Assembly (NCBI RefSeq): GCF_006345805.1 | Contig: NW_021823995.1 | Span: 1 to 20,734 of the forward strand | Source of the DNA: Octopus sinensis | Lineage: Eukaryota | DNA length: 20,734 nt | Reading direction: 5' to 3' | Shown: positions 19,355-20,734 of the stretch, piece after piece | How positions within the stretch are numbered: the stretch's first letter is position 1 | Layout of the letters: every line of letters starts with the position of its first letter | Made by a program: the position numbers and the translations under genes | Notes under the pieces: generated by a model | What the model saw: the letters and a program-made list of their open reading frames with translations, nothing else | Databases searched by the model: none | What the model was told of the DNA's origin: nothing

Positions 19355-19686
19355 AATTAACCTGAAGATTGACTGTAACCATAACCCGAATTATTAATTG
19401 AATTTAAATTATTGTTATTCGAATTGTACAGCCATGAAACGATCGTAGTGTTTTACTCTTTATCTTTTATTAAACTTTTAATACCTTTGATATATATTTA
19501 AATAATATAATTAAAATTAATTTTATGTATTGGCTTATGTTTTTTCATTGTTTTATTTGCCTAATAGTGGTTTATCTCTAATTTAATATAATATAATTTA
19601 ATATATTTATACTATAAATTGGATTTAATCCTAAATCTGATTTTTTCCTTTTGTTCCCTGTAGTTTGGATTATATTCCCTATATTT

Positions 19687-19690
<4 letters not shown>
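19355..19690 (+). mobile_element. Putative second Penelope-like terminal-repeat remnant with a degenerate hammerhead-like motif
   Basis: CTGAAGA (19362-68), stem arms tgactgta/tacagcca, GAAACGATCGTA (19436-47), followed by a very AT-rich stretch ending in (TA)n. Confidence 0.45.
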
Positions 19691-19726
<36 letters not shown>

Positions 19727-19727
<1 letters not shown>

Positions 19728-20022
19728 TGCGAAAGTTTTATGCCCCCCACCCACCAATGATTCTATAAACTACGAACAAATGGTACTCTGAAGGAGCAAG
19801 GTCAGGAGAATAAGGTGGATGAGGAATTTTTTCCCAACCAAGCGCTTCGATCTTCTGTGATGTGATCTTTGCAGTGTGGGGTCGCGCGTTGTCCTGATGA
19901 AACATCCCTCTTTTCGATTCACTAAAGCCGATCTTTTTTTCTTCAAAGCTTGGTTCAAACGCTCTAATTACTGACAGTAGACTTGAGCATTGATTGTTGC
20001 ATCAGGTGATAACAATTCAAAG

Positions 20023-20023
<1 letters not shown>
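19727..20023 (-). pseudogene. Mariner transposase catalytic-domain fragment (second family)
   Basis: Translation gives FELLSPDATINAQVYCQ*LERLNQALKKKRSALVNRK, a frameshift, then FHQDNARPHTAKITSQKIEALGWEKIPHPPYSPDLAPSEYHLF. No TIRs are seen. Confidence 0.93.
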
Positions 20024-20061
<38 letters not shown>

Positions 20062-20064
<3 letters not shown>

Positions 20065-20734
20065 CCTTAAATCCTTAAAAATGTTTTAGCCCGAAGGCCG
20101 CGGCCATGCTGGGGCACCACCGCTGAATGAGCTACACTAGTTTGTGAATCCACCTCTGATACGTGGCACTTGATCAACAAGGAGTTCGATGCTGCTGCCC
20201 GCATCCGTGTCTCCTGTCGTGAGGTAGGTTCATCTGGGACTCCCAACAGAAGAGATCCAGTTTAGTTTTAAAGAACCCACATCCACACCATGTAAGTCTC
20301 TCAGGCATTTAGGGAGGATGTTAAAGAGCTGTGGTCCTCTGAAACCCAAGCTGTTGCAGTATCTGGACCTGTATTTTGATGGTGATGTTGGAATCCTTGG
20401 CACCACGCAGCGGCGCCCCGTTCTGCAGTTGGAGTAACTTTAAATGCCAAAGTTTGGGACAAGACCCTCCAGGATTTTCCAGATGTATATCACTGCATAT
20501 CTCTCCCCTTCGCTCCAGGGAGAAGAGGTTTAATACCTTCAGTCTTTCCCAGTAGCTGACATTTTGCATTGAGACGATTTTCTTTGTGTAGCTTCTTCTG
20601 AGTTGCTTCGAGTTCTGCTGTTTGTTTTATATTGTGTGGTGACCAAAGTTGGGAGCAGTAAGTCCAAGCGCCTGAGGACGAATGTTTTCCATAGGACCAT
20701 CATGTCTCCTTCTCTCTTGTTCTGAAAGTTCGGA
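20062..20734 (-). mobile_element. CR1-clade LINE, 3' end of ORF2 plus 3' tail (continues beyond the window)
   Basis: Frameshifted translation gives LWKTFVLRRLD.CSQLWSPH...ELEATQ..YTKKIVSMQNVSYWERLKVLNLFSLERR.ERYAVIYIWKILEGLVPN...SLGFRGPQLFNILPKCLRDL...FKTKLDLFL..VPDEP...RAAASNSL. This is the post-RT C-terminus typical of CR1-group elements. It ends in a (tttaagga)x2 terminal repeat. Confidence 0.88.

Overview
No intact protein-coding gene is supported in this 20.7-kb window. It is repeat-saturated eukaryotic intergenic or intronic DNA. The SINE families and microsatellite load resemble, from recall and not from a database search, an octopus/coleoid cephalopod genome. Contents: three unrelated Tc1/mariner relics, the 3' end of a CR1-clade LINE, about 20 tRNA-derived SINE copies of at least four types (labelled A-D here), and two Penelope-like terminal-repeat remnants, one with a near-canonical and one with a degenerate hammerhead ribozyme motif. 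There is also an unclassified ~558-bp non-coding element tied to (AAT)n arrays, plus large di-, tri- and tetranucleotide arrays. The long ORFs in the supplied track are microsatellite artefacts. The most interesting signals are structural: (i) the (AAT)n-associated 558-bp element and the triplication of one of its ends; (ii) one SINE head/body carrying three different 3' tails, one of which is always followed by (TA)n; (iii) SINE multimers with a recurrent junction, one bracketed by a single TSD; (iv) a SINE-plus-TSD unit amplified into a nascent satellite; (v) a SINE/CR1 pair sharing a 3' motif and stem-loop; (vi) the two hammerhead motifs.
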